From: an uncultured Candidatus Saccharibacteria bacterium
GTDB taxonomy: Bacteria; Patescibacteriota; Minisyncoccia; Phycocordibacterales; UBA12088
Length of the DNA: 64,000 nt
Reading direction: 5' to 3'
NCBI GenBank assembly: GCA_964562615.1
Contig: CAZLUD010000001.1
Coordinates: 38,937-102,936, forward strand
In this document: piece after piece, positions 43,697-52,276 of the stretch
Layout: every line of letters begins with the position of its first letter
Numbering within the stretch: the first letter of the stretch is position 1
Notes under the pieces: generated by a model
What the model was told of the DNA's origin: nothing
The model's input: only the letters and a program-made list of their open reading frames with translations
The model's database searches: none
Program-made: the position numbers and the translations under genes

Positions 43697-43945
43697 TTAC
43701 TTGAATTTAAGCTTGTCTCCGAAGAACCACAAAAAGAAAGCTGCGCCAGCAAAAAAGTAGGCGGCTTCAGTATATCCTAAAACTTCCGCACCTATGGCTA
43801 AAAATAAACTTACTATCCAATAGAAACCAAGGTCTTTGTGAGCGTTGTGTGCTCCGCCAGAATAAATACTGATAATAATTATGCCTAAAATTCCAAGAAC
43901 TATGTAGTTAAGAATCATGGTGTAAATTATAACCCCTCCAATCAA
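43697..43945 (-). CDS. Small membrane protein (82 aa, three predicted transmembrane helices)
   Basis: ORF track; hydrophobic throughout. Confidence 0.35.
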   Translation of the reverse strand: MIGGVIIYTMILNYIVLGILGIIIISIYSGGAHNAHKDLGFYWIVSLFLAIGAEVLGYTEAAYFFAGAAFFLWFFGDKLKFK

Positions 43946-44378
43946 GTTGTCCCTTGTAAGACGCTGCCGGGAAGTTATTTGAACTGGAGTTGATCTGTAC
44001 GATTATTTGAGCAATTCCAACAATTATTGAAATAATGATTGCCGCAATAGCTATTCGAGTAGCACGTTTACCACCTTCTTGTGCCATTTTTAGCTCCAAA
44101 TAGTCGACCGCAGCGGCAATACCTTGAGCGCTTAAATAATATACTTCCCGAAGCTTGCGGCCTTTAGGAAGAAATTCTTCGGAAATGATCCAGATTAGTG
44201 GAGCATTTCCATTTAGTCCGTTGAAAAACATCCAATGAATCCACGTCCATTCCTCATCAGACAAATTAAGAGCGTCTTTCATTTCTGCTTCTGTAAAGCC
44301 TGTATGTTGTTTTTCATACGCCCACAGTAGCGTACGTACGTAGATAGATTTTTCTGGTTTTACATCCATAATCCCCAT
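43908..44378 (-). CDS. Hypothetical protein with a C-terminal transmembrane helix
   Basis: ORF track 43908..44489. Start moved to the internal MGIMDV because the upstream part overlaps the inverted tRNA-fragment hairpin. Uncertain. Confidence 0.3.
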   Translation of the reverse strand: MGIMDVKPEKSIYVRTLLWAYEKQHTGFTEAEMKDALNLSDEEWTWIHWMFFNGLNGNAPLIWIISEEFLPKGRKLREVYYLSAQGIAAAVDYLELKMAQEGGKRATRIAIAAIIISIIVGIAQIIVQINSSSNNFPAASYKGQLDWRGYNLHHDS

Positions 44379-44535
44379 TGTATCGTTTTGGACAGATTTG
44401 CTAAGCGACGCGACTTGAGCGCGAGAACCTATCACGACTTGGCTGCCGAACCTCAAATCTTCACTCCTTGGAAACCCACGGTTTTCCATAGCCTTCCTTC
44501 ACGGGAAAACAGCTGTTTTCCCGACCCCTTTCGCG

Positions 44536-44552
44536 TTCGAATCCAAGTCCGA
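44536..44552 (+). repeat. Inverted 17 nt copy of the tRNA-Gln 3' end (gttcgaatccaagtccg) 26 nt beyond the tRNA 3' terminus
   Basis: The reverse complement is identical to tRNA positions 51-67 (T-loop to acceptor). It forms a long hairpin with the tRNA 3' half. Confidence 0.55.
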
Positions 44553-44574
44553 CATCGCTCATTTCATTCGCTAG

Positions 44575-44645
44575 CTGCCGGACTTGGATTCGAACCAAGA
44601 TACACGCCTCCAAAGGGCGTAGTCCTACCATTAGACGATCCGGCA
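44575..44645 (-). tRNA. tRNA-Gln (anticodon UUG)
   Basis: Reverse complement TGCCGGATCGTCTAATGGTAGGACTACGCCCTTTGGAGGCGTGTATCTTGGTTCGAATCCAAGTCCGGCAG folds as a cloverleaf with anticodon loop CTTTGGA, U1:A72 and G73 (Gln identity). CCA is not encoded. Confidence 0.85.
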
Positions 44646-44686
44646 ATGGCTACATCAGGCACTTTAGCACAAGAAATTATATGATT

Positions 44687-45316
44687 CTAGCTGAAAAAGC
44701 TTTTGCGTATGGGGGTAAATCTTTCTACGCGCCACTTCCCTTCTGTTGTGCTGGTTGCATGAAAGCCTGCACAATGCGCAAGCTCGGCAATTACCGCAAG
44801 GGGGCGGCGAAAAAATGGCACAAATCTGTTACCCTTTAGCACATCCGCCATCTCTAAAATAATAGCATTGTGCGCAATAATAAGTAGCCTCTCTTGCGGT
44901 GCCGCACCTGCGTGTATACGCGCGAGCGCCTTAGTGGTTCTTGCTCTAAATTCATACGGATTTTCTTCATCACTGTGGTGCGCGCGACTTGCGCCAAGCA
45001 AAAAAAGTAGTGAGGCGATATAGAGTGAGCGTGGATGAAAGTATGAAAGATCAGCAAGCACTGATGGGCGGCGCTCTTCACGCAAATCTTCATGACATGA
45101 GAGTGGTACACCAAGTGCCTTAGCAACAATGGTTGCGGTTTGCATGGCTCGTGTTGCGGTACTTGTCTCTATGTGGGTAATACCGTGTGTGGAGAGTGCT
45201 GCTGCTAGTGCGCGTGCCTGCTCCTCCCCTTTTGGCGATAGTGGAGTGTGGTGCCTTTGGTGTGCAAGACGAGCGTTGTGCCCTGTTATCCCATGTCGCA
45301 CGATAAACAATTCCAT
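44687..45316 (-). CDS. Histidine phosphatase (phosphoglycerate-mutase-like) family protein
   Basis: LFIVRHGITGHN RHG motif. Start set at MELFIVRHG to avoid overlap with dnaX. Confidence 0.65.
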   Translation of the reverse strand: MELFIVRHGITGHNARLAHQRHHTPLSPKGEEQARALAAALSTHGITHIETSTATRAMQTATIVAKALGVPLSCHEDLREERRPSVLADLSYFHPRSLYIASLLFLLGASRAHHSDEENPYEFRARTTKALARIHAGAAPQERLLIIAHNAIILEMADVLKGNRFVPFFRRPLAVIAELAHCAGFHATSTTEGKWRVERFTPIRKSFFS

Positions 45317-45317
45317 A

Positions 45318-46331
45318 CTAGGAGAGTACCTCAAGAAGAGAAAGCTCAAGCACAATGTATGGGTCGTATGCCTTTGGCATAGTGCCAAGCGCGCTCAGGA
45401 GCCCAATTAATGCCTTTTTTGCTAGCGCCTCATCAATACTGCTAAGAAGTAGTACATCCGCTTCAGAAAATCCTTCTTCGTATTTCTTAGCAAGAAGAGG
45501 TGCCACCGTATAGAGTAGTGCTTGTCTAAATTTTCGTACTAAAAGCTCAGCAAGTAGTACTGGGTGCATGCCATCGCGTGAGGCTTTTGCTAACTCGGCA
45601 AATACCGCCTCTTTATCTCCACTTTTTATTGCAGATAAAAGAGCGTGTACTAATGCTCCCTTTGGGGCGCCGGTCATGCTCTCTACTACTTCTCTTGTGA
45701 TGGCGGTTCCATCGGTTGCGCTCATTGCCTTTTGCAATATGCCATGCGCATCACGAAAGGAACCTTCTGCGATAAGCGCGATAAGTTCTGTTGCTTCTTT
45801 TTCTATGCTATACCCCTCCTTTTTGGTTACCGCCTCAAGCATTGCCACAAGCGTAGTGGGTGATGGTTGTTTGAAATGAAGCGTCTGACAACGCGAAATA
45901 ATTGTCTCAGGAAGGCGGTCAATCTCGGTGGTTGCAAGAATAAACATGACATGAGCAGGTGGCTCTTCGAGCGTTTTGAGGAGTGCATTAAATGCTTCTT
46001 TAGTGAGCATGTGCACCTCGTCAATGATGTATACCTTTTTTGGAGATTCAAAGGGCAATACGGCAATGGCGCTTTTTAGCTCTCGCACATCATCAATACC
46101 TCTGTTTGATGCAGCGTCTATCTCTACCAAATCATTGTGCGTGCAGCCAACCGCATCCGCGAGGATACGCGCAATGGTGGTCTTGCCGGTGCCGCGGGGG
46201 CCAGCAAATAGGTATGCATGGGCAACGGCGTTATCTTTGAGGGCGCCTTTAAGTGTTTGTACTATGTGGTCTTGCCCTAAGACTTCACTGAAGGATTTTG
46301 GACGGTATTTTCTGTATAGTGCCTCGCTCAT
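45318..46331 (-). CDS. dnaX: DNA polymerase III subunit gamma/tau, short form
   Basis: LYRKYRPKSFSEVLGQDHIV…YLFAGPRGTGKTTIARILA, DEVHML and SRCQTLHF sensor motifs. Start chosen at MSEALYRKYRP. Confidence 0.8.
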   Translation of the reverse strand: MSEALYRKYRPKSFSEVLGQDHIVQTLKGALKDNAVAHAYLFAGPRGTGKTTIARILADAVGCTHNDLVEIDAASNRGIDDVRELKSAIAVLPFESPKKVYIIDEVHMLTKEAFNALLKTLEEPPAHVMFILATTEIDRLPETIISRCQTLHFKQPSPTTLVAMLEAVTKKEGYSIEKEATELIALIAEGSFRDAHGILQKAMSATDGTAITREVVESMTGAPKGALVHALLSAIKSGDKEAVFAELAKASRDGMHPVLLAELLVRKFRQALLYTVAPLLAKKYEEGFSEADVLLLSSIDEALAKKALIGLLSALGTMPKAYDPYIVLELSLLEVLS

Positions 46332-46425
46332 GTATGGCTTAGTATAGCAGAGGTTTATGGTAGCCAAAACTCCACACAAAAAGCGCCCATAGACGGCGCT
46401 TTTTGTGTGGAGTTTTGTTGAGTGA

Positions 46426-46800
46426 TTACTTCTTTTCTACTTTCTTTGCTGTCTTTGTTGCTTTTGGTTTTGGGGCAAGTTCTTTCTCTATTTCTTTCCA
46501 ATGCTTCTTTAGTTCTGCGCCAAGTTTTTTTGCTTCTACCTCTCCTACTGATGCTGCCTTTTCGTACTTGGCAGTAACGGTATCTACCACCTTCATAAAC
46601 TTATCCTTGTCTACTTCTTTAAGTTTTTCTACCTGCTCAAGAACCTCACCCTTTGCCTTTAGCATCCAACCCTTTGCCTTCTTTCGGTTCTTTGCTGCTT
46701 CTTTAGTGCCATATAAAAAGTATGCGCTTGCAATTCCGGCGACGGCAGCTGCTGCTATCCCTAGCTTTACCCCAGCGCCCGATGCTTGTTTCTTAGCCAT
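46426..46800 (-). CDS. Lys-rich protein with an N-terminal transmembrane helix (124 aa)
   Basis: ORF track; low-complexity K/E/A-rich. Confidence 0.4.
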   Translation of the reverse strand: MAKKQASGAGVKLGIAAAAVAGIASAYFLYGTKEAAKNRKKAKGWMLKAKGEVLEQVEKLKEVDKDKFMKVVDTVTAKYEKAASVGEVEAKKLGAELKKHWKEIEKELAPKPKATKTAKKVEKK

Positions 46801-46824
46801 GCAGTATGATTAACACAATAATAA

Positions 46825-47148
46825 TTACGCTGATTCATCATCTTCTCGCTTTGTACGCTTTGCCCTCTTTGGCTTTGCGCCCGATCCAAATCGTTCTGCC
46901 TGATGAGCGACAAACGACATAATCGGCATTATTTTTGACTCACCTTCTTCTACCATCTTTTTCACGGTATCTACTCCGTCAGATACTGAACGCACTCCCT
47001 TTCTTACCGTATCTGTTATCTCTGCGATGGTACGTACTATTTTTAGTACATAATAAAGAACTACGATAACCATCACGGTTACAAGCACCACCGCAACGGA
47101 GGTGATATAGAAAAAAATATTCGTCTGAAGAATGAGCTCGCTTTCCAC
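46825..47148 (-). CDS. Small membrane protein (DUF948-like architecture)
   Basis: One N-terminal transmembrane helix plus a charged tail; ORF track. Confidence 0.35.
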   Translation of the reverse strand: MESELILQTNIFFYITSVAVVLVTVMVIVVLYYVLKIVRTIAEITDTVRKGVRSVSDGVDTVKKMVEEGESKIMPIMSFVAHQAERFGSGAKPKRAKRTKREDDESA

Positions 47149-47198
47149 CTCTATAGTATCCCTCTCATATGCATGGGGCGCAATGTGTATAACAGTGC

Positions 47199-48179
47199 CT
47201 AGTCGTGAGTGGCAAGAAACTGGGTAATTACCTCCTTCACCTCAAGAGCGGTTTGCACATTCATGAGGCGCTCGCGCAAGTCTTTGGCGCCGTCAAAGCC
47301 AGAAACATAGGATTTATACATGCGGCGCACTTTTATAAAATGTTTATGAGGCAACAATTCTTCATATAGGGCGGTATGCGCAAGTAGCGCGCTGAGTCTA
47401 TCGCGTAGCGATAGGGTTGCTTCGTTTACTCGCTCATCAAAGAGCCATGGTCTACCAAACACCGCTCGCCCAATCATAGCCCCATCAGCTCCTGTTGCGG
47501 CTATTTTAGCTCGGGCATCGTCAAGACTTTGAACATCACCATTACCCAGTATGCGCGCGCTACTACCGCACTCGTCTCGTATTTCTACGGCGCGCGCTAC
47601 TCTCTCCCACCGCGCTGGGACAAGGGATAATTCTTTTTTAGTACGTGCATGAATAGTCACCGCAGATGGCTCTCCCCTAAGGAGGGTAGGGAGCCACGTC
47701 TCAAGCTCGTCTTTGTTATACCCTAATCGTGTTTTTACCGATACTGGGAGGCCGCTCTTTTTTGCAGCATGGATAAGGGCAACTGCCTGCTCGGGATACC
47801 GTATGAGCTCTGCACCAGCTTTTTGCTTCATCACACTTCTGTCGGGGCATCCCATGTTGATATCTACTCCATCAAATCCAAGTGATGCTACCAGCCTTGC
47901 TGCATACTCCATCATGTCGGGAGAGTGCGTAAATAGCTGCGCTACAATAGGTCGCTCTGCTGCATCATACTGCAAATCAAGCATGAGGGGATTTTCAGCG
48001 TCGGGTATTTTTTGCACTTCTCTGGTGTGATACAGACCATCAGCAGAGACAAACTCTGTCCACATCACATCCGCGCTTTTGTATGAGGCGATAAGTTTTC
48101 TAAATGCAGGATCAGTGGCATCCGCCATTGGCGCAAGGGCAAAAAAGGGCTTTTTGAGATTGTTCCAAAATGAGTCCAT
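47199..48179 (-). CDS. tRNA-dihydrouridine synthase
   Basis: FFALAPMADATDPAFR N-terminus and a TIM-barrel flavoenzyme pattern (…MGCPDRSVMKQKAGAEL…). Confidence 0.8.
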   Translation of the reverse strand: MDSFWNNLKKPFFALAPMADATDPAFRKLIASYKSADVMWTEFVSADGLYHTREVQKIPDAENPLMLDLQYDAAERPIVAQLFTHSPDMMEYAARLVASLGFDGVDINMGCPDRSVMKQKAGAELIRYPEQAVALIHAAKKSGLPVSVKTRLGYNKDELETWLPTLLRGEPSAVTIHARTKKELSLVPARWERVARAVEIRDECGSSARILGNGDVQSLDDARAKIAATGADGAMIGRAVFGRPWLFDERVNEATLSLRDRLSALLAHTALYEELLPHKHFIKVRRMYKSYVSGFDGAKDLRERLMNVQTALEVKEVITQFLATHD

Positions 48180-48249
48180 ACCTGAAGCCTAGCAATTGAC
48201 TAATTACTGTCAAATGTGCAAAGTATTAGTAGCAACAACGGAGGTGCAA

Positions 48250-48549
48250 ATGAGTGACGGGAGATCGCAAGAAATATATATTGCCGGTGTTGGGTACTTA
48301 ACAATAACCAAGTCCCCGGAGGTGTTGGCAAAAATACCCGACTCAGAAGGAGCGTGGGTTGTTTGTAATCATGAGCATCTATTTGTCCCTTTCTATAGAG
48401 ATATGGCATCAATTATCAACCCAGAGATAGCTACTGCGAATAATCTTGCATTTGTTTGCTTGTCCAGAACAATTACTGAAGAAGAAATTTTGTTGTTGAA
48501 AAAAAGATTAAGTCAAAAGAAAGGTCAGAGAGTAGTAGCAAACAATTGA
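48250..48549 (+). CDS. Hypothetical protein (~100 aa)
   Basis: ORF track 48196..48549. Start moved to the ATG preceded by GGAGGTG. No family recognised. Confidence 0.35.
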   Translation: MSDGRSQEIYIAGVGYLTITKSPEVLAKIPDSEGAWVVCNHEHLFVPFYRDMASIINPEIATANNLAFVCLSRTITEEEILLLKKRLSQKKGQRVVANN

Positions 48550-48551
48550 TA

Positions 48552-48582
48552 GGGGGGCGTTCAACATATTTGAACGCCCCTC
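48552..48582. terminator. Bidirectional rho-independent terminator (13 bp stem, 5 nt loop, T-rich tail) between convergent genes
   Basis: aggggggcgttcaa-catat-ttgaacgcccct, followed by cccttattta. Confidence 0.6.
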
Positions 48583-48588
48583 CCTTAT

Positions 48589-51018
48589 TTATATAGTTAT
48601 CGTCTGTCCTCTTTTAACCTCTCCTGCTATTAGCTTGTCTGCCACCTTTTGTTCTATATGTTCTTGTATTGCCCTATTCATTGGGCGAGCACCAAATTGT
48701 GGGTCGTATCCCTCTTTTACTATCATCTCAAGCATTGCATCTGATACCTCAAGGTTTACCCCTTGCTCTCTTAGTCGCTTTTTTAACTTTAGGAGCATAA
48801 GACCGGCGATTTTTTTAATATGCTCAACAGAAAGTGGGTGAAAGACAATAACACCATCAAAGCGGTTAAGTAGCTCGGGTTTAAAAATCCCTCGCTTGAT
48901 GATTTCATTGGTAAGGTCATCAGCATGTAATGATGGGTCAATGTCACTTTTTGCGTACTCCCATATTTTATCGCTTGCCGCATTTGATGTTGCTATCACA
49001 ATAACGTTGCGTGCGTTTACCCGCTTGCCGTGAGCGTCAGAAAATTGCCCCTCATCAAGAATCTGAAGAAATAGATCATGAACGTCTGGATTTGTTTTTT
49101 CAAACTCATCCAAAAGCACAATGCCGTACTGCCCCTCTCTTAGTGCGCTTGATAGCGTTCCGGCTTTTCCAGATTGAAATGAGCCAATGAGTCTATCAAG
49201 GGCATCAGCACCTCGATACTCGCTCATGTCAAAGCGCATGATTTTTTCTTTGTTTCCAAAAAACACCTCAGCAAGCGCCTTTGTGGTTTCGGTCTTTCCT
49301 ACACCAGTAGGTCCTAAGAACAAAAACGATCCCATCGGTCGCTCCATAGTACGTACTCCCGCCCGAGACCTTCGCATGGCCTTTGCTATAGCGGTTACCG
49401 CTTCGTCTTGCCCAATGATTTTTTCATGTAGTCGCTTTTCCAAATCGATAAGCATTTTTTGTTCTTCTTTGGTTGGGGCGCTAAGGGGTATGCCTGTTTT
49501 TCCTTCTACAAGCGTGAGTACGTCTTTTTGTACAATATATCCCTGCTTGTGTGCTACTGCAGTAGTTACCAATTCTCGCATAAGGTCAAATCCCTTGTCT
49601 GGCATCACCCCATTTGCAAAGTATCTGTCTGCGCTTCGTATGACTTCCAATATTGCTTGGTAGGTAAAAAACACACCATGTCGCTCTTCAAGCATGAGCG
49701 ACTCACGCCCCAAGACACGCACCAACATGTACTCGTCTAAATCTTCAACAAATACTGTATCAAAATACTGCATGATGGTTCCGTGCTTTTCTAGCGTGTG
49801 GTGATACGCCTGTGGGTCATCGGTAAAGATGATTTGCAAATCTTTCGATGAAAAGTACGGCGTCATCAAATCAATCACATCTACTCCTATTGCCTTGGTC
49901 GCCTCTATAAATGAGGTGACATTTTGTACCACCAAAATAATATTGCCTGCATATGCAGACTGGTCGAGTATCTTTATAAATTCATGCTCAAATGCGCCAG
50001 ATGCCTTACCGGTCTCTACCATAGCGGTAGGGTTGAAAATAAACACCGTCTTATCCATAAGGGGAGGAAGTGCGCTCCCTTCTTTAATACGGCGAGCAAT
50101 GCGAGCAATGATTTCCATTTCTCCTATTCCAGGCTCTCCTACCAATAGCACATTGGATTGTCGGTTTCGCGACAAAATAGTTTCAAGTTTGTCTACCTCT
50201 TCACGTTCACGCCACGCAAATTGCGATGACTCGTACACTGCATCCGTTACAATGTCGTGACCGTACTTGTCCAAAAAGTATGTTTGTCCATAGCCAAGTG
50301 ATCTGCCTATTGCAGGGAATCTTCCCAAGTTATCTCTTCCCCACCAGCGTTGACGCAATCTACGTTCTCTGAAAATTTCTTCTACCCATAGCGAGGTACC
50401 GACAAAATCACTTTCTTGAACTTCTACAGAAAACAAAAATTCTTGCAGTGACGTATCCGCACGATAGATTGCAGATGCATACTTAGAGATGGTTACCGGA
50501 CCCTCTCCATAAAAGCTAACGGCACCACCACTTAGGTGTGCCCGCTGACTTTGCAAAAATTGCTCGCGTGCATCATCACTCACTCCTAATCGGGTAAGAA
50601 TAACGCCACCAAAGTATGAGGTAAGAAACCCCTCGGTAACATCATACGGATTGGTCGAGTACACAATAGAACTAACTTCAAAACTTACCGAAGTAGACCC
50701 GTGACTTTCTAGTTCTGCAAGGACAAAATCAAGTCCGCGATAGTAGTATGATCTTCTAAACCACTCAAGCAGGGCAAACGAAGTCCATAGTGAAAATAGT
50801 ATAAGCGAGCTTCCTGCCCAGAGAGTCTCGAAGCTGGTGATAAAGGGAGATGCTTGTGGCACAACAATAGCCGCTGCAAAAAGGATCACCATTGCAAAAA
50901 ATGCCGCTGCAATAACACGAGAAATTCTTCTGCGCACCGGCGTGTCGATAGTAGCCTCAAGAACAAAGATGGGTGCAAAGTGCTTATATACGTATTCTTG
51001 TAGGTCAGCAAAGCTCAT
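48589..51018 (-). CDS. Membrane-anchored Clp/Hsp100-type AAA+ ATPase with a degenerate D1 Walker A
   Basis: The C-terminal D2 is canonical (GPTGVGKTE, GARPMNRAIQ). D1 reads VGEPGIGEMEIIARIA instead of GEPGVGKTAIV. Two N-terminal transmembrane helices and no ClpB N-domain. Start set at MSFADLQEY. Confidence 0.7.
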   Translation of the reverse strand: MSFADLQEYVYKHFAPIFVLEATIDTPVRRRISRVIAAAFFAMVILFAAAIVVPQASPFITSFETLWAGSSLILFSLWTSFALLEWFRRSYYYRGLDFVLAELESHGSTSVSFEVSSIVYSTNPYDVTEGFLTSYFGGVILTRLGVSDDAREQFLQSQRAHLSGGAVSFYGEGPVTISKYASAIYRADTSLQEFLFSVEVQESDFVGTSLWVEEIFRERRLRQRWWGRDNLGRFPAIGRSLGYGQTYFLDKYGHDIVTDAVYESSQFAWREREEVDKLETILSRNRQSNVLLVGEPGIGEMEIIARIARRIKEGSALPPLMDKTVFIFNPTAMVETGKASGAFEHEFIKILDQSAYAGNIILVVQNVTSFIEATKAIGVDVIDLMTPYFSSKDLQIIFTDDPQAYHHTLEKHGTIMQYFDTVFVEDLDEYMLVRVLGRESLMLEERHGVFFTYQAILEVIRSADRYFANGVMPDKGFDLMRELVTTAVAHKQGYIVQKDVLTLVEGKTGIPLSAPTKEEQKMLIDLEKRLHEKIIGQDEAVTAIAKAMRRSRAGVRTMERPMGSFLFLGPTGVGKTETTKALAEVFFGNKEKIMRFDMSEYRGADALDRLIGSFQSGKAGTLSSALREGQYGIVLLDEFEKTNPDVHDLFLQILDEGQFSDAHGKRVNARNVIVIATSNAASDKIWEYAKSDIDPSLHADDLTNEIIKRGIFKPELLNRFDGVIVFHPLSVEHIKKIAGLMLLKLKKRLREQGVNLEVSDAMLEMIVKEGYDPQFGARPMNRAIQEHIEQKVADKLIAGEVKRGQTITI

Positions 51019-51019
51019 A

Positions 51020-51397
51020 TTACATAACACTTATAGCCACCCCAAGCGCGACAAGTCCAGGAATAATAATTGGTATAAAAAACCACACGACAAATAATAG
51101 TAGCCCGAGACTAAAGGTAAGGATAAGAAAAACAAGTCCAATTATTATTAGGATACTGCGTATGCAAAATCCAACGATACGCATAATAAGACTGACGATA
51201 ATCACCTCTGCTAGTTTGTCGAGGTGCAAGCCGCCACTGTACCGCTCGCTTAATCGTTGAAAGGGGTCAAATAATGTACGTAGCAAGATAGGTATCGAAA
51301 ACACATGGAGTACAAACCACATAAAGTTTACCCACACACCAAGATATTCTTTTGGTGCGCGCGTATAATGCCAAAGCGTGTAGTAATACAACAGCAT
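51020..51397 (-). CDS. Hypothetical polytopic membrane protein (125 aa)
   Basis: ORF track; about four transmembrane helices. Confidence 0.4.
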   Translation of the reverse strand: MLLYYYTLWHYTRAPKEYLGVWVNFMWFVLHVFSIPILLRTLFDPFQRLSERYSGGLHLDKLAEVIIVSLIMRIVGFCIRSILIIIGLVFLILTFSLGLLLFVVWFFIPIIIPGLVALGVAISVM

Positions 51398-51417
51398 TAG
51401 AAATAGTATACCGCGAC

Positions 51418-52272
51418 TTACCCGTCTATGGGGAGAGTTGCTGTTCCCTGCGGGGTATCCTCACCAACAAATCGATAATACAGTTTCTTTCCAAATCGCA
51501 TATCAATGTAGTCAATACTTGAAATAGCAATATCACGCAGTGGCTCCTCATTAAAGATGGTAATAATCATATCTGCCCGTGCAGAAAGTTCATCCTCAAT
51601 ATTAATACGAATTTCAGGACCGTTTTTGATAGTCAAAAATGCTTCTTGCTCATCTTCACTAATAGCAACCTGCGTAATTGGATACTCATGCGCTGTCAAA
51701 AACGACACCAGCTCGCTTAGGTGGGTATAGTGCGCTGGAGCTATCAATGTCTTTCCAAGTGGCGCTTCTGTACTACCCTCTTTTGAGTATTTTACATACA
51801 CCGAGTCCGAAAAGATGGGGGCAAGAGCGTATCCAATAGCAGTCTCATCTATGTAGTAACACGATGCATCTGCCATGCACCATAGCGCGTGCGGCTCTCG
51901 CTCAACCACTGCTATCTCAAGTGCGGTTAGTCCCGCTCGTGTTACAGCGACCTCTTTCATTCTTGGGAGAGAATTCAAAATTTGTGCCGCAATCACATCA
52001 AGAGGAACAAGGAGTATGTTATTTTGCGGAAAAATAAAAAAAGATTTTTTGTTGAGTACCTCATTTGCTTGCGCTTGTATGGTTGCCACTTCCTCTACGG
52101 CATTACCATGCACAACAATGGTAGAAATTCGCCAAAATGCCATATGGAGGGAATACACCATGGCTACCACCGCAACAATTACACACAAAGAAATCACTCC
52201 TGTTCGTATGAGTAGCTTTTTTCTGTATCTCGCTTTACGTTCTAGTGAGGAAAATGTATGCGGCCTCGGCAT
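51418..52272 (-). CDS. FtsQ/DivIB-like cell-division protein (transmembrane anchor plus POTRA-like domain)
   Basis: N-terminal transmembrane helix, then ISTIVVHGNAVEEV…ILLVPLDVIAAQILNSLPRMKEVAVTRAGLTALEIAVVEREPHALW, resembling the FtsQ POTRA/beta domain. Confidence 0.5.
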   Translation of the reverse strand: MPRPHTFSSLERKARYRKKLLIRTGVISLCVIVAVVAMVYSLHMAFWRISTIVVHGNAVEEVATIQAQANEVLNKKSFFIFPQNNILLVPLDVIAAQILNSLPRMKEVAVTRAGLTALEIAVVEREPHALWCMADASCYYIDETAIGYALAPIFSDSVYVKYSKEGSTEAPLGKTLIAPAHYTHLSELVSFLTAHEYPITQVAISEDEQEAFLTIKNGPEIRINIEDELSARADMIITIFNEEPLRDIAISSIDYIDMRFGKKLYYRFVGEDTPQGTATLPIDG

Positions 52273-52276
52273 ATAC

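Noticed and set aside
44388-44684. ORFs 44388..44684(+) and 44461..44646(-)
   Set aside because: They overlap the tRNA-Gln gene and its inverted-repeat hairpin.
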